This document shows, one piece after another, positions 9,526 through 20,735 of a DNA stretch of 64,000 nucleotides. Source of the DNA: a virus; the IMG/VR virus record IMGVR_UViG_3300021599_002733; one strand, given 5' to 3'. Numbering within the stretch: position 1 is the first letter of the stretch; each line of letters begins with the position of its first letter. Under the pieces are notes generated by a model that did no database searches, was not told the DNA's origin, and was given only the letters and a program-made list of their open reading frames with translations. Made by a program: the position numbers and the translations under genes.

Positions 9526-10125
9526 AAGTAAATCTAATTGATTTAATTAGCTTTCATGATACTGAATATACGAAGGTATCCTCGCAAGTACTATTCCTCC
9601 TTGGCAGTATGATAGCCTACACAGTTGTGTCGGCTTTTAAATTTGGAGTGTAAATACCTAACCTCCTATGTTAGTTTTCTAACCTATCGTGTCGTTTTCT
9701 ACAGTAGTGGAGGGAATGCACTTGGCCTTTATCGCACCTACGCCGTAGCACTGTTACTAGCTTCACGTTTTGGTCCATTATACATATGTCAGGGTTCAGT
9801 TTCTCACCATTCTTTCCAACATTTCTCCCCCCACCCCCACGCTTCTATACGTGAGGGGGCGGGGGTTTGTATATACTTTTGAAGTTTTATGAAAGGGGGG
9901 TGGGGGGTGTGGGGGAGGGTTGTACCCTACCACCTCCTAATCCACTATTATAGGGTCCTACTCGACACATACACTCTTATTCTCCTATTCTTATTCCCCT
10001 CGTAATCTCTCGTTTTACACACGTTATATTCCTCCTAATCGCAGATCATCGCGTTTCACTCTTAATCCACTACACTATATACTCTTGATATTCTCCTAGT
10101 TATTTTCACGTTACTCTTAGTTGAT

Positions 10126-10379
10126 TTACACTATAATTCTCAACACTAAAGCAATAAAATGCAACACTATAACTCCTAATCCCACTATTACTGCTCCATA
10201 AAACACTACATCATCCCTCATAATCAAAATTGAATTAGTTCTATTACGTATTCTCCCGTTTTCTTTCCATTACGTGTTATCTCGTAATTCGGATCCATTC
10301 CACTCATCATCACATCATTTATCAACTCATCCACTGTGTTGAATTCTTTCTTGTAGTAATTACAATCTAAACTATACAT
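10126..10379 (-). CDS. Two small ORFs: 10224-10379 (51 aa) and TM micropeptide 10126-10221 (31 aa)
   Basis: Own translations MYSLDCNYYKKEF... and MRDDVVFYGAVIVGLGVIVLHFIALVLRIIV; promoter at 10401. Confidence 0.55.
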
Positions 10380-10450
10380 TTTCTTTCTTATTTATACTGA
10401 AATATACGATCTCTCCTTTATATCTTCTATTCCTCTATCTTTATTGCTTT

Positions 10451-13400
10451 TTATTTAAATGTTTTGTTATAGTATTCTTCTGCTGAATTATAATCGCCTT
10501 TAGTTAATGAGTTTATCCAAGCATCTTTTATTTGTTGTTTCTCCATTTCCTTAGCTTGATCAATAATGTCCTGCTTCATTGATTCAGGTAAATACCACCA
10601 ATCCGGAGCACTCATTTCATTTAGTAACCATTCTACTGCTGATATATTTTCCATAACTGTTTTTCTTTTATACCTGAATATACGAAATTTATTTTATATT
10701 TTCTATTCCTCAATTGATTCTATAAATTTGGTTTGAGTGAGTATTTCTGTTTCCCATTCCATACTTTCTTCTACTTCTTCTCCTTCACCACGTTCTTCTC
10801 CAAACATGATTATTTGCTCTGCTTCTTCTTTTGAATTAGCTTCAACAATATATTGTATTGTTTTTGTTGATTTTACTTCTGTTGTGATTCTAAATACTTT
10901 CATAACCTTTATCTTTATTTATACTTTAATATACGAAATTTTAATTAAAAAACTTAGTCCTTTAAATCTTTAATATAATCTCTAATTTCAATAGCACTTT
11001 CATAATCCTCTATATCTGAGAGTAATGCGTATTCTAATATATCGGTTAGTAGTGCTATAAAATCTCCTTTATGTTTATGTTCAAGTTGATCTTGCAAAAA
11101 TAATTTTTGTTTCCAAGGAATATTTGAGTTGTATATTTCCGGATGCATTTTATTTTTCCACAGTAATTTAATAGCCTCATCCATATTATCTACTTTTTAT
11201 TATTTCTCTACTTTCTATCTTTTATACCTTAATATACGATTTCTATTTTATGATTACTATTCCCTTCTCTATCATGCTATTGATCTTGGTTTTGATTTGC
11301 TCAATACCAAATGTTTCGTCTTGATATTCCGATCCTGCTATTTCTATAGCAAATTCCTCTATTGAATTAAACTCATTGTCACTATAACACTCATTAATGT
11401 ACATCCCCATATCTAAAATGTGTTGATCATTTTGGGATAGCTCGTGATAATCAACTTCATCTAAATTATTTGCATCTAAAAAATCAATATCAAACAAATT
11501 GTTTAATACGTCATGTTTTTCTTGGCCGATTTTTGTAAATTCTAATTTCATAACTTTTATCTCTTTAATTTGATTGAATATACGAAATTTATTTTAATTT
11601 TCTTCTTCCTTTTAACTGCTCCTCTACTGTGATTACTTCGGTTTGCCAATGTATGTTTTCTCTAAGGTTTATCCCTTCTTCTCTATGTTCCCCGGTTTGT
11701 AGTTGATATAGGGCTTCCTCTAACGAATTCGCTTCAATTTCATATTCAAATACTATTGTTTGCTCTACTTCTGTTTCGAATCTAAACTTTTTCATAACTA
11801 ATCTACTTTAACTATTACTATTTCTCCCTGGTGGAGTTCCACTGTGTTTCCTTCTACAAATGATTCGAATTCGTTTTGGTCGAGCAACATCCCAGTAATA
11901 CATCGTTCCCCATTTATCTCATATATTAGTTCAACTCCACTAATGTGAACTCCGTTCATATGAGGAATTACTTCCGTTACTACTAGATCATTAAATTCCC
12001 TTTTAACAATATCAATACTTAATACTTTCATAACCTTTATTTTTTCTTTTATACTTGAATATACGAAAGCCCCTTTAATTTGGGGCTTCCTTTTATCTAC
12101 TAATTACTTTTTCTATTACTGATGTTCCTGAATTGATCATTGTTTGAACTCTATCCCAATTCCCCTCATCTGATTGCCATTCCATTTCAAACGGTTCATA
12201 TCTAAATTGGAAATTACTTAGGGCAAATCCCATTCCATTCATTTTAAACTCACCTTCACCATTTTTCTTGAAACGTAGTGTATATCTATTATCACACATA
12301 CAACTCACAACATAAAAAATCACTTCCTTAGCGTCTTTTTTAATGTCCTTCAATACTGAAGGCGGGTTTACTCTTAATTCTTGATACTTGCTCATAACTT
12401 TTATTTTTTTAATTTGATTGAATATACGAAATTTATTTTAAATAACTTAGTCCTTAATTATATTTGCTAATCCATTCCCTGCATTTATTAGCCGTTTAGC
12501 TATTTCTTCTATACTTTCTGTTACTTTAAATCCACCATTGTTGTGTGTTGTTGTTCCTATAACAGTATGTTTTGCTTTTACTACACGTCCAACATTGTTA
12601 ATTTCTGCTTCTACTTCATAAAAATGACCTATCATATCTATGTTTATATAGATAGGTTGTTTGTCTTGTAATGATGTTACTTTAATTACCCACATAACTT
12701 TTATTTTTTATTTAATATAAACATTTTCATAAAATTCCTTCAACATTACTCCATGTTTTGTTTTAACATAATCTCTTCTTAGTTTAAACAAGTGTTGTAG
12801 TGTTCTGTTATATGTCCAAAACTTTTCTACTGATTTGTTTGTTGGTGTGTTGTAATATGATGTTGTTTTCTCACCCCATTCATCTACTAATGTTTGAACT
12901 ATTTCTGCTTTGGAATTAAATTCTACTTTCATTTTTTATTTCTTTTATACTTCAATATACGAAAGCCCTTTTACTTAAGGGCTTCCTTTTTAAAATTTAC
13001 TTGCAAACATTAGTTTTAGCTTATCTTCTATTTTCTCCTCCTTCAGTTCATCAATCTTTTCATCAATCAACTTATCTAAGTCAATACCTAACTTTAATAA
13101 ACTATCTTTAAATTCTTTATATGCTTTATAACCCGTTTCAATTTCAACTCCTAAAAATTTAACATCTGTAACATCCACACCTAGATCAGTATCAATTCCA
13201 TCTTCACTAATAAATGCTTGGTGTACCAATGTTAACTCAATTGCATCGTTTTTACCTAATTTTACTTCTGTTTCGAAGCTTACCATTAATGTTTTGCTTG
13301 TAATTTTCATAACCTTTATTTTTTAAATTTATATTTCAATATACGAAAGCCCCTTTAGATTGGGGCTTCCTTTGTTAAATTTTTATTTTGTTTTGTTTTC

Positions 13401-15429
13401 TTCATCTACTAGGCGTTGCATGGTCTGGACTAGTGGGTCTATTTCTTCCTCATCATCATCTTCCTCCAACACAACATATTCATCCATTATTGCTGTAACA
13501 TGTTCCATTATAGCATCAATATCAATTTCTACATTTTCTAGTTCAATTTCTCTACCACTATAACTCAATCTAAACTCAGCAGTATCCTCATTTACAAAAC
13601 TATTACTATTATTATCTAAACAACGCTCAATTCTATCTACAATTTCTCTACCTAACTCACCCGTGATTGTGGTTGGTGTTTCTAGTTGTTTAATCATTTC
13701 AATCACTTTATCAATATCAACTGTTGATGTTAGTGTTTTTGCTGATGTTAGTTGCTCAATTAATTCTTGCTTTCTCATAACTTTTATTTTTTAATTTGAT
13801 TGAATATACGAACTTTTTTTTATATCTTCTATTCCTCTATTAAGGTAACATCTTTATAATTGATTTTACATGTTATTTTATTTTCAAATATATCATAAGA
13901 ATATAACCACATACATGTTGGACCAAATCTATCTACATTCATTCCTTTTCCCATAAATGTATCTTCATTTACTGATGTTATGGTGTGATCATTTTTACAT
14001 TCAAGAACGTTTATTTTGAATGGTTTTGGTTCTTTTTTATATGTTGTGATTCCTTTGATTGTGAATCGTGTTCCGTCTTGTTGTAGCTTTTTAATAATTT
14101 CTTTCATAACTTTTATTTTTCTTTTATACCCGAAATATACGAAAGAGAGTTTACACTCTCTAGTCCTCTACTTTCAATACTATTAATGCTATTCCTAACA
14201 ATATTACAAACACTGCCATACTTACTGTTTTGAATCTTTTATTATTTTCAACACTTCTTCTAGTTCATTTAGAGTAAATTCAATCTGTTTTTTTATTTCT
14301 GGGTGTTTTATTCTTTCTATTCCTATTTTGAATCCCTTTATTTTACCCTCTAGTGTGGTTTGGGTTAGCTCTAGTATTGCTTTATCTTCTATCATAACTT
14401 TTAATTTAACTCTAATTCTTTAACGATTTCTTCCAACTTTGCTTCCATTTGAGCTGCATCTTGTTTTACTTGCTCACTAGCTGAATCTAGAGCAAATACA
14501 TCAAAATATGAACGGTGGTATGTAATAACATTATCATTAAAACCATTGTAATCTGCATTTACAATTGAGATATAACCACCCATCCCATCATCATCTAGTT
14601 CATAGTTTGGGAATGTTTCTTCAACAAATGTTAAAAATCGTTTTGTAACTTCTCTTTTTCTTTGTGTCTTTGTCATAACTTTTATTTTTTCTTTTCTTAT
14701 ACAATCAATATACGAAAGATATTTTAAAAACCTATGTCCCTTTTATCAAAATCTTCTTGCTCAAACTGCTCTACCACTGCTAGATCCTCTAGTGCATTTG
14801 TTACTAGTTTTTCTATTTGTTTTTGTAGTGTGATGGCATCTAAAATGTTAAGTTTACCAACACCATTTTCCAATCCAATTGCTTTAACATAGTCATCTAA
14901 TGCTATTAAACGCTCAATTCTGCTTTCTGTCATAACTGTTTATCCTTTTATTGTTAAATTCTCTAAAACTTTCAAACACTCAACACATCCAACCTCTACT
15001 ATACCTTCATAGTGAGCGTGGTTAGTTGATAATGCTGGGGTACCACACAAATTGCCTTTTCCTGATTTGTAGGCATGTGCTGTGTCTGTCCAAACATTTC
15101 CTTTGTTTCCAAAAATCATAAATCCACTACCTAGTTCTTTAATGTTTACTTTTTTCATAACCTTTATTTTTTAAATTTATACTACAATATACGAAATCTC
15201 TTTTACAAGAGCTATTCCTTTAATTTAATTCTTTTACTATGTGAAACGTTAATACACAATCAGATACACTCATGTTTGGGTTTTCATGTCGCATTTGCCA
15301 TTTAACAATATTGATAAAATCAATTGTACCTACTTGTTTTTTAGCAATGTTTTTGATTGTTCGTTTTATTCTAATTGCTGCTATTTTTTCTTGTAACTCG
15401 TTCATAACCTTTTTTCTTTTATACTTCAA
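10451..15429 (-). CDS. About 20 small early hypothetical ORFs, including paralogs 10703-10903 and 11589-11795 and micro-ORFs 14222-14395 and 14160-14219
   Basis: ORF track; repeated promoter/start cassettes; shared YxxEANSxEEA motif in the paralog pair. Confidence 0.65.
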
Positions 15430-15444
15430 TATACGAAAACTATT

Positions 15445-15798
15445 TTAATAGTCTTCGTCCTCTTTATCATCATACCAAAAACCTTGTCCTGAGCAATTTT
15501 CAGGTTCGTCTTCAACATATTCCCATCCTGTTTTCCTTTCAACCAAATTTGGTGATTTGAATTGTTTCCCACTGAATGCTAAGTTAATCCCGGCGCCACG
15601 ATCTGGTTCTAGTCCATTCATTTCAGCTAATAGCTCATAAAAATCTTTACCACCAAACTCGCCATAACCATCATAGTTATCTTCTACCCATGAATTGCCT
15701 TTATCATCCAACATAAACACGGTAAATGTAGGTCGGTTTGAATGTTGATTCGCAATTGATTTGTTTGTGTCTTGTGTGTGCCAACTAAAAAATCCCAT
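15445..15798 (-). CDS. Conserved phage hypothetical protein (MGFFSW...YDGYGEFGGKD type)
   Basis: ORF track; recognisable phage hypothetical family pattern. Confidence 0.65.
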   Translation of the reverse strand: MGFFSWHTQDTNKSIANQHSNRPTFTVFMLDDKGNSWVEDNYDGYGEFGGKDFYELLAEMNGLEPDRGAGINLAFSGKQFKSPNLVERKTGWEYVEDEPENCSGQGFWYDDKEDEDY

Positions 15799-15834
15799 AA
15801 CTTTTCTTTTTTATTTTAATATACGAAAGGCTCT

Positions 15835-16587
15835 TTAATTAGAACCTTCCTGTTTGCTAAATCTATTTAAAATTTCCTCTGTTGTTAAATCTTCAAATTC
15901 AGCATCATGTTTCTTATAGATTTGTTCTCGATCTATTTCATTTGGAATATGAAACTGAACATAGCTGCATGAAGGGAATTTAACTTTAATTATATCGAAA
16001 TGACCCATACCTCTAGTGTAATCACTTACTACTGTTACAGTTGCGTTTGGATACAACTTTTGATATTTTTCAATTGTATAATTTTTTATTTTATGTTTCT
16101 TATTGTAATTTTCACAAAATGCTTTTTGCATTTCGTTGTGTATATGAAGTTTTTCTAGCAATGTTGATGGTTTGATGTAGCGATATTGATCTTGAATTGA
16201 ATAACATTGTACTTTATCTCGTTCAAAATATAGATAAAACGATGATGTTTCAAGTTTACCATTATTATGGCGCAATCCTATCAACTCAACATCTCCACCA
16301 CACATATCAATTGTAACTTCTGCTTCAAATAGAGTCTTATCGTAACGACTTCCTAGTGTTACTGTTCTTGTATCTTTTCCTCGTTTAAATGTGTTTTTAA
16401 AATCAACACCTAAACGAAATCCATTTCTGATCAATAGATCAACACCATATTTATTTTTACTCTCAGATAAATCAGTACTATTTTTACAACGTTCAACATA
16501 GCTAGCTATCATTTTCTCTTGCTCAGGTGTAAAAAATATACCTGCAAATAGATCTAATTGGTTTGGGTCTTTAATTTCTTCACTCAT
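15835..16587 (-). CDS. Hypothetical protein (250 aa)
   Basis: ORF track; promoter at 16608. Confidence 0.7.
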   Translation of the reverse strand: MSEEIKDPNQLDLFAGIFFTPEQEKMIASYVERCKNSTDLSESKNKYGVDLLIRNGFRLGVDFKNTFKRGKDTRTVTLGSRYDKTLFEAEVTIDMCGGDVELIGLRHNNGKLETSSFYLYFERDKVQCYSIQDQYRYIKPSTLLEKLHIHNEMQKAFCENYNKKHKIKNYTIEKYQKLYPNATVTVVSDYTRGMGHFDIIKVKFPSCSYVQFHIPNEIDREQIYKKHDAEFEDLTTEEILNRFSKQEGSN

Positions 16588-16624
16588 AACTTTTTCTTTT
16601 ATACTTTAATATACGAAAGATATT

Positions 16625-16885
16625 TTAATTTTCTTTGTCCTCTTTAACATACTTTCTAATCAACTTAAATATCTCAGAGATATCTGTAAATTTCATTTGC
16701 TGATCGTTTCGTATGGGTAGGAATGCTATGGTAAAGCCATGATTAGCTTGGAATGTTTCTGTAACACGTTTACCGTTGATCTCGTTTAGGTAGATCCAAG
16801 GGTAGTTGCCTACGAGTTTTATATCTATTCCAATACGTTGCATTCGTTCTACAAATACTTTTAATATGTCTTGTTTTTTCTCCAT
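16625..16885 (-). CDS. Hypothetical protein
   Basis: Likely start MEKKQD, downstream of the 16903-16937 hairpin. Confidence 0.6.
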   Translation of the reverse strand: MEKKQDILKVFVERMQRIGIDIKLVGNYPWIYLNEINGKRVTETFQANHGFTIAFLPIRNDQQMKFTDISEIFKLIRKYVKEDKEN

Positions 16886-16957
16886 TTTACTTGTTTTAAA
16901 ATAACAATGCCAACCCACTTGAGGTTGGCAATGTTGTTTTGGTTATGAAAAAGCATC

Positions 16958-17332
16958 TTATAGTACGTCCTCTCCTGCTAGCGCTAGCTGTAATTCTGCT
17001 ACTGGTCCTCCGGTTGAGACTAGCCATTTATTATCTTTTGTAAACAAATAACCATATTCTTCTATATCACCACTGAAGAAATCCTCTACATCGTTATGTT
17101 GTTTTTGGTTGAGATCCTCTCCACGGTCACGAGCGTATGCTATTGTTTCATCTATATCTGATTCGAGTGAAGATATATCTCCTAGTGCAATTAGTTGCTC
17201 TACTTTCTCTCTATCTTGAAAGTGGTTTTGGAGTATCTCTCCATTACCTGATATGTAACCATCAAAATGACAATAAATTGATGTTACTGTTCCGTCTTGT
17301 TTTTCAATTGCGATTCTTGATCTAGTGCTCAT
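16958..17332 (-). CDS. Conserved phage protein (MSTRSRI...SIYCHxDGY family)
   Basis: Motifs SIYCHFDGY, LIALGDISSL, EEYGYLF. Confidence 0.7.
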   Translation of the reverse strand: MSTRSRIAIEKQDGTVTSIYCHFDGYISGNGEILQNHFQDREKVEQLIALGDISSLESDIDETIAYARDRGEDLNQKQHNDVEDFFSGDIEEYGYLFTKDNKWLVSTGGPVAELQLALAGEDVL

Positions 17333-17393
17333 AACTTTTATTTTTCTTATTTATACTACAATATACGAAAGATATTTCAAATATTCTATTCCT

Positions 17394-18655
17394 TTATTTC
17401 AGAAAACAATAACAAAAACTTTCATAATAGTCATAGTTATTAGCCATTTCTCTTAGTTTATCAGCTGTAATAGAATTATAGAATTTCTCTCCTCTGCCTA
17501 CTACCTCGTAAACTAGATCACTCCAACTATCATCACCAACATCAATACCTCCATTTCCATCTCTGCCTAGCCAAGCATCTTCATATGTTTTAGATAGTAG
17601 ACTTGCTTTTTTATTGACAAATTCTTTTAGTTCGTTAAAAGTATCTTTATCTAATTTGAATAGTTCTGGGCCAATTCTTCTATAATCGTGATCTATATCC
17701 CAATTAGTTGCCTCTATCAATTTCCAATTTTTACTTTCACTTGTCATAACCTTTATTTTTATACTTTAATATACGAAAGATATTTCAAATATTCTATTCC
17801 TCTATAAATTTTCAATTTCTTCTTTTACTTCTTGCCACCATTCCGCTTGTAAATGATATTCCCAAATTGTTTGTAAAACTTCTTCAATTGCAATCAAAGC
17901 ACATTGTTTAGCTTCTTTGTATCTAGATTCTACATTGTTGATTCCTGTATGACTACCATTGTTTGGTAACATATAGTAGAATCTATCAACTAGTTCTTTT
18001 GCTTTTTCTTGTGATGTCATCTTATTCATCTTCAAATTCCATACACACTACCATATATTCAGGTAGATATTCTACTTGTCCAGCACACTCATTGTACTTT
18101 GGATACTCCTCGTTTTCTAGCATTTCAAAATAACATTTTTCATCGTGTATGTACAGCAGTCTACCTTTTAGTGTTGGAAACACATTGCTATTTGTTACTT
18201 TTCCTATCACATCATGTGCTTTAGAGATAAGTTGGATACGTTCAGTTACTCCCCTCATCGTCTTCTTTATCTAAATTAATCCAACCTTTTGTTTCTATAT
18301 GTTTTAGAAACGCTCTAAATTCATCTATACCCTCTTGATCCATCATTTCACGAGCATCTATCATTGACTCTTCAACGTTATGAAATACACCTCTCATCCA
18401 TATAGGATTATCTGAGGAATCTTTTTTCCAATTATCATAATCACCACTTCGTTTATCTGTAAATTCAATGCTAACATCTGGATACAATGTTTCACAGTCA
18501 TCTCTGAATATCATTATTGCTTCAAAGCAATAGTTACTTGTTTCGTAGATACAGTTTATAGTGTTTGTGAGTTGATGTGGTTCTAGGGGTTTGATTTGTA
18601 GTTGTTCTTCTCGAACGTACCATACACCATCAATTTGAATTCTATCTTTACTCAT
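17394..18655 (-). CDS. Four early hypothetical ORFs (17394-17747, 17802-18035, 18022-18258, 18242-18655)
   Basis: ORF track. Confidence 0.65.
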
Positions 18656-18724
18656 AACTTTTATTTTTATACATTGAATATACGAAAGAGGAGATTACTC
18701 TCCTCTTCCTTTTATTCTATTTTT

Positions 18725-19477
18725 TTAAACTGCTAGAGCATATTGATCTGCTAGAGCAAACAATCGTTGATTTAACAATATATCTTGATTGAAATTTGAT
18801 ACATTTGCTGTTAGCGATTCTTGAATTCTGTTGAACACTGTCCACACATCATTACCTTCATCCTCTATTCGATTAACTCGTAGTATTTCTTCAACGTCTG
18901 CATCTGTAACATCATCAAAACGTAAACGAGCTGCTTGAAAAGCAAACTTCTTCATATCATCTATTGATAGTTGCTTGCGCTTCATCTCATTGATTTCTTC
19001 AGCTAATATAATTGCTTTATTATTTAATTTAGCAATGATTTGAGGTAGCTCTCTATAATTAATTTCAGTATGTTTAATTTGAGATTCAGCTGCTCTATCA
19101 AATCGAACTGCTCCGTTTGAACATACTAAACGAAATGCTCCTAAATCCATATTGAGTGGTTGAACTCCATTACAACTATTTGATAATGTAATAGATGCTA
19201 ATGCTTCTGTTTTACCTTTGTTGTTTAATATAGAAAAATCAGGATGATGCATCTGAACATAGTTGGAAGATACTTTACGATTTTTTCCTTTTTGTTCTGC
19301 TACACCTTTCAACTGCCAGCCCTCATTTTGTAGTCGCTGTACAACATCAAGAGTATCAATATAAAACGGTTTTTGTTTGATTCGTTGAACATTTTTAATG
19401 TTGTTTGAATCTAATGTGTTTGCGAACGCAATCGCTTTGTTGATATCGTTATCAACAGGAATAAATTTGTACTTCAT
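18725..19477 (-). CDS. DUF932/DUF945-family protein
   Basis: LSNSCNG....L...GAFRLVCSNG...KH and R.EDEGNDVWTVFNRIQE. Confidence 0.75.
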   Translation of the reverse strand: MKYKFIPVDNDINKAIAFANTLDSNNIKNVQRIKQKPFYIDTLDVVQRLQNEGWQLKGVAEQKGKNRKVSSNYVQMHHPDFSILNNKGKTEALASITLSNSCNGVQPLNMDLGAFRLVCSNGAVRFDRAAESQIKHTEINYRELPQIIAKLNNKAIILAEEINEMKRKQLSIDDMKKFAFQAARLRFDDVTDADVEEILRVNRIEDEGNDVWTVFNRIQESLTANVSNFNQDILLNQRLFALADQYALAV

Positions 19478-19539
19478 ATCATTTATCTTTTAAATTTATA
19501 CTTGAATATACGAAAGGGAGATTGCTCTCCCTATTCCTT

Positions 19540-20343
19540 TTATTCTTCTTCTTGATTAAAAGCGTAATGCACTCCGTCCTTGTAGATCGAAAAGAATATT
19601 TTAAAATCTTTATCGCAATCTCGATTCTTTTCAAAGTGTAGTGTTCTCTCAAGTCCATCTTTACTTCGTTCTACTTTACAAAACGCTTCCATCATATGCT
19701 TTAATCTTTGGGACCCTGCAAATTCATCGCTTTTAGTTACTTGTTGAATGTTGATAAATGATGTATAGTATCCAGGTTTGTTTTTACCTTTTTTAACATT
19801 GTCTTGTAGAGCTAAGAACCATGATTCTGCTTGTTTTGAAGTACCTCCGTTTTGATCTTTATACATATCTAAAATTTCAGCTACAGAATCAACTGCTATT
19901 ACATCATATCCTAAGTTAAAAACATGTTCAACTGTTTCTTTGATGTTTTCCATATAATCTTTCAAAAACAACGTTTGAACGCAACCAAACGCTGGCATTC
20001 TTCTACAGTATTTGTAATGTCCGATTTGATCCATTTCTCCTTGTACTAGCAAACATTTTAGTCCTTGCATTGTAAATTTAGATAACATATCCATTACTAG
20101 TGTTGATTTACCTGAACCTGGTCCTCCTGCTATCATCATTGAAGTGCCTGGCATTAAACCGCCTTCAGTAGATAAGATAATATCTATTTCTGTATTTGTT
20201 TTTAAAGGAACGAATAGCGATTCATTGAACTTTAAATCGTTTCCTCTAAATAGTTTGATTTGAGATAAATCAATTTCTTTTCTTTCTACTTGTTTTTTAG
20301 GACGTCCTCTTCTTTCCACTTTTAATACATTTACGTTTTTCAT
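19540..20343 (-). CDS. RecA-superfamily ATPase (RadA/Sms-like core) with N-terminal AT-hook
   Basis: GGLMPGT..IAGGPGSGKST (Walker A), IAVDS (Walker B), QVTK..FAG...LKH, KNR; N-terminal RRGRPKK. Confidence 0.8.
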   Translation of the reverse strand: MKNVNVLKVERRGRPKKQVERKEIDLSQIKLFRGNDLKFNESLFVPLKTNTEIDIILSTEGGLMPGTSMMIAGGPGSGKSTLVMDMLSKFTMQGLKCLLVQGEMDQIGHYKYCRRMPAFGCVQTLFLKDYMENIKETVEHVFNLGYDVIAVDSVAEILDMYKDQNGGTSKQAESWFLALQDNVKKGKNKPGYYTSFINIQQVTKSDEFAGSQRLKHMMEAFCKVERSKDGLERTLHFEKNRDCDKDFKIFFSIYKDGVHYAFNQEEE

Positions 20344-20408
20344 AACCTTTTGCTTTTTAAATTTATACTATAATATACGAACTTTCTTTTAAATCTTCTA
20401 TTCCTCTT

Positions 20409-20636
20409 TTATTTTCCATATGTTTGCTCCCACACCTCAGCGCCTGTTCTATTATCGTGTTGTGGCCAATTTTCGTTGTATCCTGGGTTGCTTAGGTGCA
20501 TTATAATAGCTATAATTGTGTTTAGCCAAAAGAAAATAAAGTATTTTCCGAAATGACCTTTGATATACCATTGAATGAACCAAACAAACAATGCTATTAC
20601 TATAAATGAGCTTATAAGATTCCAAATTGCTTTCAT
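20409..20636 (-). CDS. Two-TM membrane protein
   Basis: Two hydrophobic segments. Confidence 0.6.
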   Translation of the reverse strand: MKAIWNLISSFIVIALFVWFIQWYIKGHFGKYFIFFWLNTIIAIIMHLSNPGYNENWPQHDNRTGAEVWEQTYGK

Positions 20637-20683
20637 ATTCTAAATATACGAATTTTCTTTTAAATATTCTATTCCTTTTATAA

Positions 20684-20731
20684 AGACAACAATGGAGCAG
20701 CTGGCACTGCTCCTTTAGTTTGTTGTTGTCT
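20684..20731 (-). terminator. Long stem-loop downstream of the DUF932 gene
   Basis: agacaacaa..ggagcag/ctgctcc..ttgttgtct inverted repeat. Confidence 0.55.
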
Positions 20732-20735
20732 GCTT

